A stretch of 64,000 nucleotides of DNA from Tubiluchus corallicola. Lineage: Eukaryota; Animalia; Priapulida. The stretch's first letter is position 1. Each line of letters starts with the position of its first letter. Where the stretch lies: the NCBI GenBank assembly GCA_030141605.1, contig JAQGDQ010000287.1, forward strand, positions 186,001 to 250,000, written 5' to 3'. Positions 1 to 12,144 of this stretch are shown here, piece after piece. Under the pieces are notes generated by a model. The model had not been told where the DNA came from. It searched no databases and saw only the letters and a list, made by a program, of their open reading frames with translations. Made by a program: the position numbers and the translations under genes.

Positions 1-8
1 AACTAAGT

Positions 9-14
9 TTTATT
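9..14 (-). terminator. Candidate FGFRL1 polyadenylation signal AATAAA
   Basis: The only TTTATT I found on the plus strand between the stop codon and the window start. It implies a 3' UTR of about 1.3 kb. Confidence 0.35.
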
Positions 15-94
15 AAACCTATAATGGTAAGGAACTCCTCCTTGACTAAGATAACACTGGTAAATTTAACTTAAGAATGAAAGGTAAATACTGA

Positions 95-322
95 AAAACA
101 ATGAACAATCAAAAAGAAACAATGAGTTGTTTCCATGAAGCAGTCAGACAATGAAAATAGATTAAAACAATGAGCTGTTTCCGAGAAGCTGTCAAACAAT
201 GAACAAGAAATTGAAACAATGAGCTGTTTCCAAGAAGCTGTCAAACAATGAACAAGGAGTTGAAACAATGAGCTGTTTCCGAGAAGCTGTCAAACAATGA
301 ATAATGAACTGAAACAATGAGC
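95..322. repeat. 49-bp minisatellite, about 4.5 copies
   Basis: Tandem unit aaacaatgagctgtttccgagaagctgtcaaacaatgaacaagaaattg. Confidence 0.9.
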
Positions 323-1288
323 CGGCTTGGGCCAGCAATTTCTGTACCATGATTCAAAACACAAGTCAAACTTATAATTAACTCCAATTCTATGAAAGAA
401 TTATACTGCATCTGCGTAGGTATTAAATGACAGAACACATGATTATTATTGGCAGTTTACAAATTGTGAATTCAGTAAAAAGTTAACGTAGAATGCGAAC
501 AGCTAACATTTTCACATAATTAGTCTTTCTTTCTGTAACTATACTATACAGTACTAGTGGACACTATCCTTCCATTAGATTCCACTATCCCTCCCACGAT
601 CCTTTGATCTCATATGAAGAGCTGCGTTCCAGGCAGCTCCTAAATAAAAAATGTCATATAAGCTCAAAATAAAAAGCTATGCACATAATTCTATACACAT
701 AAATAACTTAGCAACAAGATAAAACACTATGTACAAAACGGATATTTTGATATACAGAAGATAATGTATGTAATTAAAACTAATTGTACGTCTAGAAATG
801 CAAAATGGTAACTGTTAAAACTGTCACATGGTAAAACGACAATGCAATTATAAAGCAAGTGATTTGTTTTAAACACAAATAAACTTTTTTTGGCTAAGCG
901 GGTGAAACAACTATTAATAAACAACAAACAAAACCACGAATAAACGCGACAACGTAAAAATACACAAACTCGATACAAGTTCGTAAAATCTCCGAATATG
1001 AGTAAACTTTCACGGTAAAGTCATTATTTACAAACACTCCTCGTATCGGCTACGTCACACCATCTTGTAGAGAAATCACAGTTTAACGGCTGGTAACCAG
1101 AAGGCTGACCTACGTTGCTCACATCACAACCGTCACAATCGATTGTGTTCTGAGCTCACGAGTAAACAGTTCTTTGCCATTCAGTTTCCGCAGTTAAAAA
1201 CACTAATATGCAAAGAACAATTGTCCTAATTCGGCAAGTCAGGCTATCTACAGTCACTAATTAAGGCGTGGCACCCCCGCCGCTGATA

Positions 1289-1503
1289 CTAGCATGAATA
1301 GTCGGTGTAGAAATGGTGACCAGACGGCGGCTGTTCATAAATATTCGTTGATACTGGTTGATCACTGTAGTACGTGTGGGAAGGCACTCGCGGATAATAA
1401 TATTGATGATGACCTGGTTGGGACAGGTTGTGGTACATTTTACTACTAGGCACGGCTTGATGTGTTTGAGGAACCTCGCTGTAGTATCCTCTTTCGTGTA
1501 TAC
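1289..1503 (-). CDS. FGFRL1: FGFRL1 coding exon 10: Tyr/His-rich cytoplasmic tail with no kinase domain, ending HHFYTDYSC*
   Basis: tttttgcag| acceptor, in frame with exon 9; stop TAG at 1291-1289. The His-rich tail with terminal Y-x-C resembles vertebrate FGFRL1 (...HYQC). Confidence 0.85.
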
Positions 1504-2737
1504 CTGCAAAAATATGATCGGTGCAAAATGACGAAATTAAAGTGACAGCACGGAAACATATGAATCGTGTAAACTTAAAAAACTTCAAGAAGTCTCAGAA
1601 CGAATGAATCACAAATAAAATTCATGCCAGTCACAGCACAGAGGTCGAAGATTTTTAAATCTTACCCACTACTCAGTAATCGTGACGGTAATACATATTT
1701 CTTCCTAGGCATAGAATCATGCAAAACTGGAATCACGATTACACGAGTTTTTTTTTCAGCAAAGTAGTTTGCTTTTAATTTTGATAAGAAGCTAGAAAGA
1801 ACTTTTAAAAATTCTGAAACTTTTCTGATTTGTACGATGTTTTGTGCATAACTATGCTAAGCTAAAAAACTGGCATATTTTCATAAGATGGTTTGTTGCA
1901 ATCATGGCTGCGACAATTATTCTGTTTTAGCAATGAAATAATTTGCCATGTACTATTAGCAGAAGTTAATAATTTAAACCTGCTGCATTAACACGCAGTA
2001 TACTTTCATAACTAATCTGCGCCCTAAAAGTAATTTCTGCAAAAACGTTTACAGAAATGGTCTTTGAACAAGAGTATTTCAATCTGATAAGCAAAATTAG
2101 CACTAAAGATGAAGAAAAGTAATATTTGATTGTCACCGAACGTCATTCTTTTGTATACGATGTACACATTAAATAAAATTTAAACTGTATTAATTTATTG
2201 AACACTCATAGAAAAGCATTTATCAATTTTCTGCTAAGGTATGCACAACATCTCACCACTATCAAGTCAATCCTAGTTAATAGTGAACAATGATTATCTA
2301 TGGTTCTCTAATCTTAACTCTGGTTTACACTAAAGTCATGACTCTACATTCCTGATTTTTTTAAGACTATAATTAGATATTTCGTTACAGTTGAATTATT
2401 TTTAATGGTAGTAAGTTTTGTTATTCTGGTATGTATAACTGAACTTTAGTACACTAATATTCACTAGGCACTGTGGAACTAACCATATTAGATTAAAATC
2501 TGTATGTTGCAGAAAATTGTGCCTGTAAGAGACCAAAACGTGCCAGGATTTACAAAAGTGGAACAAAGCCAACAGCACTTTTCTAATACAAGTGACATCA
2601 ACAACTTGACCCAACTCATAGTGCACTATTATGGGCAGAGATATATCTAGTAAAGTAATTGCTGTGGATAACCATCAAAAAAGTCTAAACAGTAGTGTGA
2701 TCAAGAGATTAATCCGTGAAGCGGCAAAAATCAATAC

Positions 2738-2929
2738 CTGACGAGTTACTTTTTGTGTGTGTAGGTGTCGCCACATTCCGATGACGCTGCACTGCCGTGC
2801 TTCTAGTTGTCGGTTGAGATGAAGATGAACGACTTCTGTAACGACACGTGATGACAACTAGCAGAATGAGGACGAGGATGATTCCTATTGGAACACCGAC
2901 TATTAGAGCTAATGTAAGTTGCTCGTTAC
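2738..2929 (-). CDS. FGFRL1: FGFRL1 coding exon 9: transmembrane helix and juxtamembrane region
   Basis: RNEQLTLALIVGVPIGIILVLILLVVITCRYRSRSSSS...KSNSSG; tttccacag| acceptor. The donor CAG|GTATTG is weaker, so the 3' boundary is less certain. 192 nt, phase 1-1. Confidence 0.85.
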
Positions 2930-3829
2930 CTGTGGAAATAGATTTAAAGCTTCGTTAATTATTCTGTAAATAAATTAGTTTATTTTAAGATTGCCAGAGA
3001 AAGATAAAAATTGTTACACATCAAACATCAGAACATTTTCCCTTCTCTAATGTGAATAAAAGCACATATAGCGGAAAAAACATGTAACTATACACATATA
3101 TACAGAAATGATACAGTAAACGCAAAATTTATTGAGTGTTCGATTTTAAACGCAGCAGAAACAAAGAAACATGAAGCAAACAGCTTCATGCGTGCAAGAA
3201 AAAAATGATTTCACGTAACTTCTCCAAAAAACATTTAAAGCTAAGCAGAAAAGCTTAACTGCAAAGAAGAAACTTTAACTTAAGTATAAAATAAAAAACC
3301 TGTAATACTGAATTATTCGCACTGTAAATAAGTGATGTAATCATTGCTGTTTGACTATTGGTTAACATCTATAAACTTTGAATACATTATTTAATATTAA
3401 CTGCAACTCTACAATAGTATTCAACGTATTCAGCATATACTTTTATTCCATACTACACCATTATTAGCTTTAGTCCAACATTTCCACCCTATATTATCAT
3501 TCTGCCTATACCATTTATTTGTTATTTATTTATTTATTTTTTATATACACTATTTAAGAACATTTATAAAATACATTTTTTATAAAAGAAAATGGCAGCA
3601 GGCATGTAACTCTTATGCTAGGAATATAATACAATATAAAATAATTTATACAATATATTTACAATCACAGTTATACAACAAATACATTGGTAGTAAAAAT
3701 TGGGTATCATTAAACGAGAAAAAAACTTAAAAACCTAAAAACCCTTAAAAGAAACTTAAAACGGAATGACACTACATACAGTAAAGAAAAAATAGCTTAC
3801 AAAAAACGATTAAAATGGCAGTAGCTTAA

Positions 3830-3940
3830 AAAGTTGCAGCTTGTTAGTCTGGTGTTGAAAATGACAATGTTTGGTGCATTAACTACGTCATGATTAAAAT
3901 CATTCTAGATTGCAACTACTTGAGACTAATGCGAGAGTAA
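3830..3940 (-). mobile_element. Decayed CR1/L2-type LINE 3' end
   Basis: Minus strand reads ..QVVAI*NDFNHDVVNAPNIVIFNTRL, resembling the CR1 ORF2 terminal motif WN.LP..VV.A.....FK..L. Confidence 0.45.
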
Positions 3941-4517
3941 ATTACTAATTAAAAAAGGAGTATGTATTTACTTAAGTAGTATCATTGCAAATATTGCAAA
4001 AAATTATGTATATTGGTGTAACATGTTCAACTTGTTCAATGATCTTGCACAGTGGTTTTCTCATAGTTTCTACTCTTCTTAATCAACTTCAGTTGTAGCA
4101 ACTAAGTTATTTTATCTTACAGTGCTGGTTTAATATCTGATTTTTGTACATCTTAACTTGTTTTTAATGATTATTTATATTTCCCTATTCACTTTACTAG
4201 TATGGGCCTGCATGCAACTAGCTGTTTGGGAATTAAATTTCTTGCTGCTGGCCCAGGCATGCTAGTGAAGCCATACTGTTGTACATAAACTTTTTTATGT
4301 TCTTTGTTTGCTATTTTTTCTTTTCTGTACTCTTCTGCCTAAATAAATAATATAATAAAATTGTGATCTGTATATAATAAGTGAAAACCTGCAAAAAGCC
4401 ACGCCGATGTTTCTATGCAACGAATTCACTGATAACCTCTGCATTATTTCAGTTTAGATAATATAAATTCTAATATAAAGTTGACACCTAAAGTCACTAA
4501 AGTTTGCTTGTACTCAC

Positions 4518-4695
4518 GGTATGCATTTCCATTCCTTTCCACTGTTAAGTACGCTTCCTTGAAGCTAAACCCATTTGCATTTGCCCCGAAACAGATGTAC
4601 ATCCCCGAGTCCTTTTCCGTCACATTCTTTATTACTAGTTTGATTAGATAAGGGCCTTTGTCTTCGAGCTGGTGTGCAGGTTTAGTGGGCAGTAC
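4518..4695 (-). CDS. FGFRL1: FGFRL1 coding exon 8: Ig3, part c, plus stalk
   Basis: VLPTKPAHQLEDKGPYLIKLVIKNVTEKDSGMYICFGANANGFSFKEAYLTVERNGNAY, compare D.[22 protein letters not shown]. 178 nt, phase 0-1, donor gtgagt. Confidence 0.93.
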
Positions 4696-4868
4696 CTATA
4701 ACAAGTACCAAACACAATAAAGTATATTTGTAACTCATGTATAAATTATAATTAAGCACTTTTTAATGTATTTTAAAATGAACAATATAAATAATTTAAT
4801 TTTGTGGAATTTTCTATAAACATAAATTCATGTTAATTTATTACACTCTTAATGCCAAGATTATTAAC

Positions 4869-5176
4869 GATGTTACAACCCACAGTTAATTAAATTTTAA
4901 TACCAAATGATTTGAAATACAGGAAATGTGGAAAAATTGGAATGCAGCCAGGGTTTGAACCAAGGATATTGAATGCAGATACTATAACTGGCCAGCTGTA
5001 AGAGATAAACTTTGGACTGTCTTGACCAATCGAGTATGCGAAGGCCTAGTGGTCTAAAGTGTTGGCAATGTGAACAGAAGGTTCCTGGTTCAAATCTTGG
5101 TGCATTTCAACATTTTAACATTTTCTGTTTTTCAACTTTGGGATCAAAATTTAATTAATCGTGAGTTTGTAACATG
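4869..5176. mobile_element. Palindromic element with two back-to-back tRNA-like arms (copy A)
   Basis: Inverted ends gatgttacaa...ttaattaaatttt / aaaatttaattaa...ttgtaacat. Reverse B box at 4952-4961; forward A box at 5047-5056 and B box at 5087-5096. Confidence 0.7.
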
Positions 5177-5713
5177 ATTAAAATCGTGTTCCTCGCAAAC
5201 ACATTTATAAGCAACATTTTGCACTCAGGGAGTAAAGCCTTGTTTTAACAGCTCATAGCTTATGTGTTGACTAGATGCTGATCATATTTTCATTTGAGTT
5301 AGTGCTTTTTTATCAGCATTCAATGCCAGGACGTTATGTTCATGGCAAGACTGGAATCTGCCTCATTAACAAAGCTATGCCTCAAAGATGAGCCAGTGAA
5401 CCATCAGAGGTACACCAGCCATGTTTGAATGTGTATGTATGTGCACGCATGCCACAAGCCATTCACTCGGCTATGAGACCTGCCATGAAATGACTTACTG
5501 CAACCAAGTAACAAAAAACTAGTCCATCAACTAACTATCCGTGAGAGTCTATTTCAAATAGGTGCAGCTTTAGAACCTAAGTATTGTACTTAATACAAAA
5601 AGTACAAAGAAGTAGAAAGACATGAAAAATTGAGGAAATAGTACAAGGCACACATATGCATGCACGTGCTGTGAGCAAGCATGGATGCATTAACATGCAG
5701 TTTTATTAATATA

Positions 5714-6200
5714 CAGTGGAACCTCGACTTACGAAAACGCCATTATACGAAAAATTCAGAATACGAATCGGGCTTCGAAGAATTTCCGCCCCATTTAAAC
5801 GAAAATGAAAACTGAAAGTGCCCCCCCCGACAGCTGTCCTCCCAGAATGCATTTTATAGCATCACGTGAACGCTTTGTTGTGCGCAACACGTGAAAGCTT
5901 CGAAAGGTAAAGTGTCATTATTCGTAACAACATTTATTATTATTTTTCATTGATTTTATTACTTTCTCATTGTTTTTTAACATTTATGTAAATGATTATG
6001 TTGTCATTAACGAACATATTTCTTTCGGGTGGGTACAATATTTACGCTTTATACGACTGTTTTTTTTGGGAGGGGGTGCTGGAACGAATTAACCCATTTA
6101 GAAATAATAAATCGTAATAAATCTTGTCTGATAACACGAAAATTCTAAGATACGAAAGCCTCTCCGGAATGAATTAATTTCGTATCTCGAGGTATCACTG
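5714..6200. mobile_element. pogo/Tigger-like (Tc1-mariner) MITE
   Basis: TA|CAGTGGAACCTCGACTTACGAA ... TTCGTATCTCGAGGTATCACTG|TA: terminal inverted repeats with a TA duplication. Confidence 0.85.
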
Positions 6201-6242
6201 TATACATTATAGCTATAGTGACAAAATTGCGTTAATTGTTAC

Positions 6243-6311
6243 CCTGAGTTGGAGATCTCCGACTTGAATTGTGCTGTTGACTTCCTCATTAGGATTCAGT
6301 TCTTTCAGCCA
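6243..6311 (-). CDS. FGFRL1: FGFRL1 coding exon 7: Ig3, part b
   Basis: WLKELNPNEEVNSTIQVGDLQLR, compare WLKRVE...NSTIDVGGQKF. ttattttag| acceptor and |gtaac donor; 69 nt, phase 0-0. Confidence 0.9.
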
Positions 6312-7463
6312 CTAAAATAAAAAGCAGCACAATTTACACCTATACAGTAAGAGATTGTAATTCACGTTGATTGTATAAATTGTAATAAAAAGCAAATATA
6401 TCATACATTTCATATCACCTATTTGCGTTTTACGTACTGCATTTAACTATAGTATAGTTACAGTATAAATAGTATGTGCCAGTACATGTGTTATTTTGTG
6501 TGAATTAGTTTAGTGGGTGATGTATGCCACTATTCCCAAAAGTGGGAAACATTATTAATACATTGAGGCTTCATAAGCAATACATGTACTTCTCTTAGAG
6601 TGGATGATAATAGGTTGAAATGAATAAAATGAACAAAGCAATTATTGTTGCTTGCAGTTTTTGCTACCAGAACTGAACTTACGATTGTAACTAATAGCGC
6701 CAAAATCATATTTATGATCACAAAAATATTGGAATTATTTGGAATTATAATAGAATTAACGCCATCAAATTCAAATGCGTGGTTGTGCCATCAAAACATG
6801 TCTCAAAAAATAAGAAGTACCAGCAAATAAATTCATACTAAAATAGCTTAATAAAAATTCAAATATCTAAAGATTTACAAACGTGTGCTTTGAGAAAAGA
6901 ATTACTAGTCAACTGAAAAGACTTTAAAGAGTTTTTGTGTAGACCTCGAGGCTAATCTGGACTTAACAATCTTGTTCGATCAGCTCAGTGCTTTTAGTAT
7001 TTTTATGTATTTATAATAAGAAAGCATTTAACAAAAAGGGCTTGCTAACTACAACAGTCGCTAAACCACTCCAGCTAATTTTGTTTGGGTGGTTTGCTGA
7101 ATACATTGTTCGGGCGGCATTTACATTATGTGCTTTGAAATGTGTTTGTAATTTCACATGCATCAGCTGGGAGAGGAAATGTTTGGGGTCTCTTCAAATG
7201 CCCCACTTGAACACGTGCAAGTCTGAGTTCGGAATTGTTTGATAGCACGTCTAAGACAACATTTTTAAACTTCAATTCTACAATACGTTTTGTTGATAAA
7301 GAAAAATGTAGGGATATTTTATTGTTATTCGACTCTGATGTCAATCTCACTAAGATAACGGTAACACTGAAAAAAGACGATTACTTATTTTTAAGAATCA
7401 TCTAATACTTATAGCATTACTTAGTACAACATACTTAGTAATGCTAGGTTACATATTAACATG

Positions 7464-7790
7464 GAGTAAGCTCACATTTTCGCAAAATTTGAAACCAAAT
7501 CTGATTGAAAAAAAGAATGTGAAAAGTTCTGACAGAATCTGGATTTGAACTAGAAACCTCTGGATTAAGTAGATCATCCAGCTTCTTGTGATCGATGAAG
7601 CTTCAATTCAATAACATAAACTAACAGGAGACCTGCTTCAATCACAAGAGACAAGAGTGGTCTAGTGGTCACTATGTAAGACTTGTAATCCAATGGTCAC
7701 TGGTTCAAATCCAGGCTCAGCACGGACTTCCTGACATATCCCCCCTTTCTGTCAGGTTTCATGATTTCTCATCAAATGAGCGTTGACTTC
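7464..7790. mobile_element. Palindromic element with two back-to-back tRNA-like arms (copy B, different termini)
   Basis: Reverse B box ggatttgaac at 7541-7550; inner inverted pair cttgtgat/atcacaag; forward A box tagtggtc at 7663 and B box ggttcaaatcc at 7702-7712. Confidence 0.6.
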
Positions 7791-7877
7791 GTCACTGAAA
7801 AAAATAAATCTATGTCTTTGCGAGACTAACTCTCTCGGCACGTTTTTTAAAATTCATTGAAATAGAAAAATACTTAC

Positions 7878-7993
7878 ATGTACAACAGGTGGCGCTGTTG
7901 ACCGCACTCTACATTGGAATGATGCTGTACCACCATAAGGGACAGTCGTATTGACTGGATCATCACCTGTTAAAATTGGCTTCTCCGAGTTCT
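7878..7993 (-). CDS. FGFRL1: FGFRL1 coding exon 6: Ig3, part a
   Basis: [39 protein letters not shown], compare vertebrate [28 protein letters not shown]. 116 nt, phase 1-0, donor gtaagt. Confidence 0.93.
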
Positions 7994-8286
7994 CTATAGA
8001 AAATAATTGTGAGAGTTAGTGGCTTCCTGAAACAAATCTGAGGGCGGTATATGACAAATAACATCATAAGAATTATTTCTGCACGGTACAACATATTTTC
8101 ACTAAATATATCAATTTCCCATTCAAACTGAAGTTCCTTTATGGCATAAAAACAATGCCTCGTCATATACTTACTTTCATTTGCTGCTATGCAATGCAAT
8201 ATTTAACTAATTGTTGTGATGTAATGCGTTTTAACTATTTAACTATTAAAGCTCCATTCTCTAGCTTTTACTTTGATTATAAAAAA

Positions 8287-8531
8287 TCCTCGCTTAACGA
8301 CTCCCTGTTTAGTGATGTTTCGTTTTAACGATGCTGAACATTTGCCAGCAGAAAGAAATTAATTAGTGGAAACCATAATAAAATGTTCAATTTATATGAT
8401 AAGATGCAGCATTGATTTTTGCCTTTGGAACGTATCTCAATTCTATTACATTACTTTCTATGGAAGTTTTGGTTTCGCTTAACATCGCATTTCGCTGGAG
8501 GGCATTGGCGTCGCTAAGCGAGGACTTACTG
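8287..8531. mobile_element. pogo-like MITE, left end eroded
   Basis: tcctcgcttaacgac ... gtcgctaagcgaggacttactg|ta inverted repeats. Confidence 0.65.
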
Positions 8532-8854
8532 TATTTGTAACCATGAATAAGTTCAGTTACTTTATAGCACAATTAATAAAGTACTTCTAAGCCATCGTTC
8601 TTTTTTATGCTTACATAATCGATATGTAAATTTCTGTTTGAAACTTCAATCATATTTTGAGATTTACAGAAGGGAAACAATAATTAGAAGTGAAAACGTA
8701 ATGATAAGCATGACGATAGTCTCGATAGATAATTATGTAAGCAAAGTAACATGAATAATTAACTTTTAATACTTACTGTTAAATTTTATAAAACTATACA
8801 AAGCTAAATATATAACCACAAACTTGCTGTTATTTAGAGGGCATCAAAACTTAC

Positions 8855-8964
8855 CAATAACTTCTAGTGTATAGGTGGCATTTATGGATCCATGTGTGTT
8901 GGTGACTTTACACATGTACGTACCGCTATCCTGCTTTTGTAAATTCTTCAGTTTCAACGTCCAC
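8855..8964 (-). CDS. FGFRL1: FGFRL1 coding exon 5: Ig2, C-terminal half
   Basis: (K)WTLKLKNLQKQDSGTYMCKVTNTHGSINATYTLEVI; tttcag| acceptor and |gtaag donor; 110 nt, phase 2-1. Confidence 0.93.
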
Positions 8965-9109
8965 CTGAAACATTGAAACATTTGAACTGAAATGACGAAT
9001 TCCATCTTAATCTGATCATAGAGGAGCCTGCACACGGAAATGTCTAACTGATCATTTCAAAGGTTTAACAATACCATCACGTGTATATGCATACATATTT
9101 TTGGTTTCT

Positions 9110-9340
9110 AAGTTGGTCTCTTTTTCTCTCCAACCCTCCTTTTTTTCAAACTTTTTCTCCTCCCCATTTCTCTCTTGATCTCTCCTTTCCACCTCTCACT
9201 CTCACCTCACACTCTTCCTTCTCTCCCTCTCCCACTCTTTCTTCTTTTTCTCTCCCCTTCTGTCTTCTGTCTCTGTCTCATTCTCTTTTTCTCCTCCAGT
9301 CTGTCTCACACCCTCATCCTCCCCCTTCTCTCTCTCCTCT

Positions 9341-9388
<48 letters not shown>

Positions 9389-9500
9389 TCTCTCTCTCTC
9401 CATTTCTATCTCTCATGTTCCCTCTCTCTTTGCATCTCTCCCTCCCTATCTTTCTCACCCACTTTCTCTCTCTCATTAGTGATCTCTCTCACCTCTCCAG
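9110..9500. repeat. (CT)n / polypyrimidine microsatellite
   Basis: Seen directly; perfect CT core at about 9345-9382. Confidence 0.95.
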
Positions 9501-9590
9501 TACGATAATAAACAAAGGGCAAGCTGAAGTCAAAGTAAACAAATGACTATTCAGTATTAGACATTTGTCATTACAACAAGAACATCTTAC

Positions 9591-9762
9591 TTTCCATTGT
9601 GGACGTCATCAGATTCGACGTTGATGATCTTGCTGTCCTTCAACCAGACGATACTCGGAGGTGGGTTGCCACGAGCCGTGCATTTTAACGTAACAGTGTT
9701 GCCAACTGGATGCATGATCTTGGATACCCGTCGTTTAGACTTTTCCGTAAACTGAGGTTTTG
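9591..9762 (-). CDS. FGFRL1: FGFRL1 coding exon 4: Ig2, N-terminal half
   Basis: SKPQFTEKSKRRVSKIMHPVGNTVTLKCTARGNPPPSIVWLKD: a basic heparin-binding-type stretch plus the PVG..V.LKC.A.GNP.P.I.W.KD motif. 172 nt, phase 1-2, GT-AG. Confidence 0.93.
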
Positions 9763-10476
9763 CTAGAAACAAAAATGAACTATAGGAGTATCACTTCAAT
9801 GTAATTAAAACTTTCTTATAATGACAGCACATTGTGCTTAAGCTAAAAGCTAGCTTAATAGAAACCAATGCATATCTGAAAATAATCGGGCACAATAAAA
9901 TGATAAACATCTGCATTATTTTGATGTAATTATTTACAATTTACTAAACGGGTGGCATAATGAGGTTTAGGTGTCTTAAAGGGATTATTTTCATTTAGTC
10001 GACTGCATATGCCTGTTTTGGTGGTTTGAAACCAAATGACTCCGGTTCCACTTTTGAAAAATGTTAAATGAAACATATACAGTCGTAAACGAAAGCAGTA
10101 CATCCACCCAAATCAACCTAATCCCTGCTTATATATTTTCTTTTTGAAAAGGAATTGTGTTTTGTTTCAACACTACTGATTAATCAATGCTCAATTAATT
10201 AATTAATTATGACATTCCGATGACAGGTATTCAAGTGAGATTAGTAGGCTGCCCCGTAATTAATTGATTAATTATGTCATCATTTTCATGGTATATACTC
10301 AAGCTAAATTTATCGGCTGCACGTGCAGCGTGCGCAGCATAAAAATTTTGCCCTTCACAAAGAACCAGATTCTTGGCTGCACAAATAATAAAAAATGCAT
10401 TCAATTCTATTTTTTTAATTTTAAAAATAATTTAGAGTTTCATTCATAGGAACAAACTTTTCGTAAACATCTGATG

Positions 10477-10780
10477 TAGGTAGTCCTCGACTTACGACCA
10501 CAGTCGGTTCTGGCAGATTGGTCGTAAGATGAATTGGATGCAAATTAGACTCGTATATTCAAGTGGTGCGCCCTACACGAAAGATATTACGCGTAGGCGC
10601 ACCAAGTATGGCGCCACCTATGGTGAATTTATCAAGACACACAGCGATTTAAAGTTGAATTGTTTAAAAAAAACAGAAGGAAATATGAGTTATAGCTGGT
10701 TTTCTACAACTAATTAATTAAGTTGGTGTCGGGTCGTAAAGTCGAACGGTCATAAGTCGCATAGGTCCTAAGTCACCGTA
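10477..10780. mobile_element. Tigger/pogo-like MITE
   Basis: Starts (c/t)aggtagtcctcgacttacgacc; repeated ggtcgtaag/taagtc sub-terminal motifs at the right end. Confidence 0.6.
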
Positions 10781-11017
10781 GTTATAAACCTGATTAAGTT
10801 TCAAAACTAGTTTGCTATAACAGCATCTAGATGATTTAGATGTGATAAACTTTCCTTGGTGTGGCCAAATATCCTAGGCAGCATAGTGTACACTGTAGTA
10901 ACCACGCACACACTATGACCACTCGGCTATTCATCACACCCCAAATGAATACCACGAATTTTTTGCACAATGTTAGTTTGTATGCACACGTCCCTCGAAT
11001 GGCATTTGCAAACTTAC

Positions 11018-11116
11018 ATTCAGCACCAAGTTCATGTGCAGGCATCGGATCTAGCGGAGGAAACATGTTTCCCTCTGGCGGCACGTATTCGTAATCATCC
11101 GAGTTCATATCATCGT
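11018..11116 (-). CDS. FGFRL1: FGFRL1 coding exon 3: acidic/Pro-rich linker (acid box) HDDMNSDDYEYVPPEGNMFPPLDPMPAHELGAE
   Basis: tttttgcag| acceptor and |gtaagt donor; 99 nt, phase 1-1, in frame with both neighbours. Its position between Ig1 and Ig2 matches the FGFR/FGFRL1 acid-box exon. Confidence 0.85.
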
Positions 11117-12144
11117 CTGCAAAAAATAACAGTTTTGCAAATTCAAACTCGAAATATAACATGATTTAGACTCATTTAGTCAAAGGTTCTCTTGTTACTT
11201 GCAACAACAAACGCAGTCCCATCATGACCAGTATTATCTTCTTAATATTCAGTACGCATTTTTCACACCAGATGGCAGCAGGCACATGTATCCAGTCAAA
11301 GTAAAGTTTTAGAGCCTTTGAAGAAGAAATTAAGCACCGCGTTGGATTCAGACAGGTTAACCTTTCCATCTATGGTTAAAGGAATCGGAATCTCCCGTAA
11401 AGGCACTTTAATCGTTCTACAAGGTTTAGCGACTAATCCTAAATATGCATACTTCCCAATGAGTTGCACTGGTCTAAGATTCTTTCATTAGAGCAGGACT
11501 GGATAGAGGCCACATTTAAAAAACTGAATTTGTAAGTAAAAATACATGCACGCTAATTTTCTGTTTTTGTTTTGTGCATACGAGGCTGTGGTAACCGTGG
11601 CTAGAATATCATTTAATTTCTTTAATTTTTAGTTCTATTTAAAACTTCACTGACTAAATACCCGTAATTAATTTGGTACCAGAAATTAGGACCTAATGCT
11701 ACTACATGTATTATGTTATTGGAAGTTGTTGTTATTCAACGTTGTAAAACACGCTATTGACAAAGAACGCTTGCAGCCCTTTCTGTTCAAGAGCGATCAG
11801 AGGTAGAGGGCGCCTTTGTCGTGCACGTATTATTGACGTGAAGCCTTACGGATCAATTAACAGGATTATTAAATATAATAGAGCTATTCTAAGCTTATGC
11901 ATAATAGATCCAATTTATTGTTAGTTTTGCATGACATGTAGGCAGGTGCGAATGGTGCTGAGGTGGATGAATGCGAGACTTATTAAATGCAGGAGAAATG
12001 CTACATAGGTCCTTCTGCATGATAGATTAATACCACCTGTCAGAAAAACAACAGTATAATATCATCTTATTTCTTATATAGTTTGATCTCTCTAAAAGTT
12101 GCGTAATCCACCACTCAACTGGTAGGGCCTACTGCACTTGAATA

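Noticed and set aside
1-1288. Tyrosine kinase exons downstream of the TM exon (canonical FGFR)
   Set aside because: No kinase motifs seen, and the frame ends at an FGFRL1-like Y-x-C stop.
4696-6242. Mutually exclusive IIIb/IIIc-like alternative Ig3 exon
   Set aside because: No second D.G.Y.C-type exon found by eye in the flanking introns; they contain MITEs instead.
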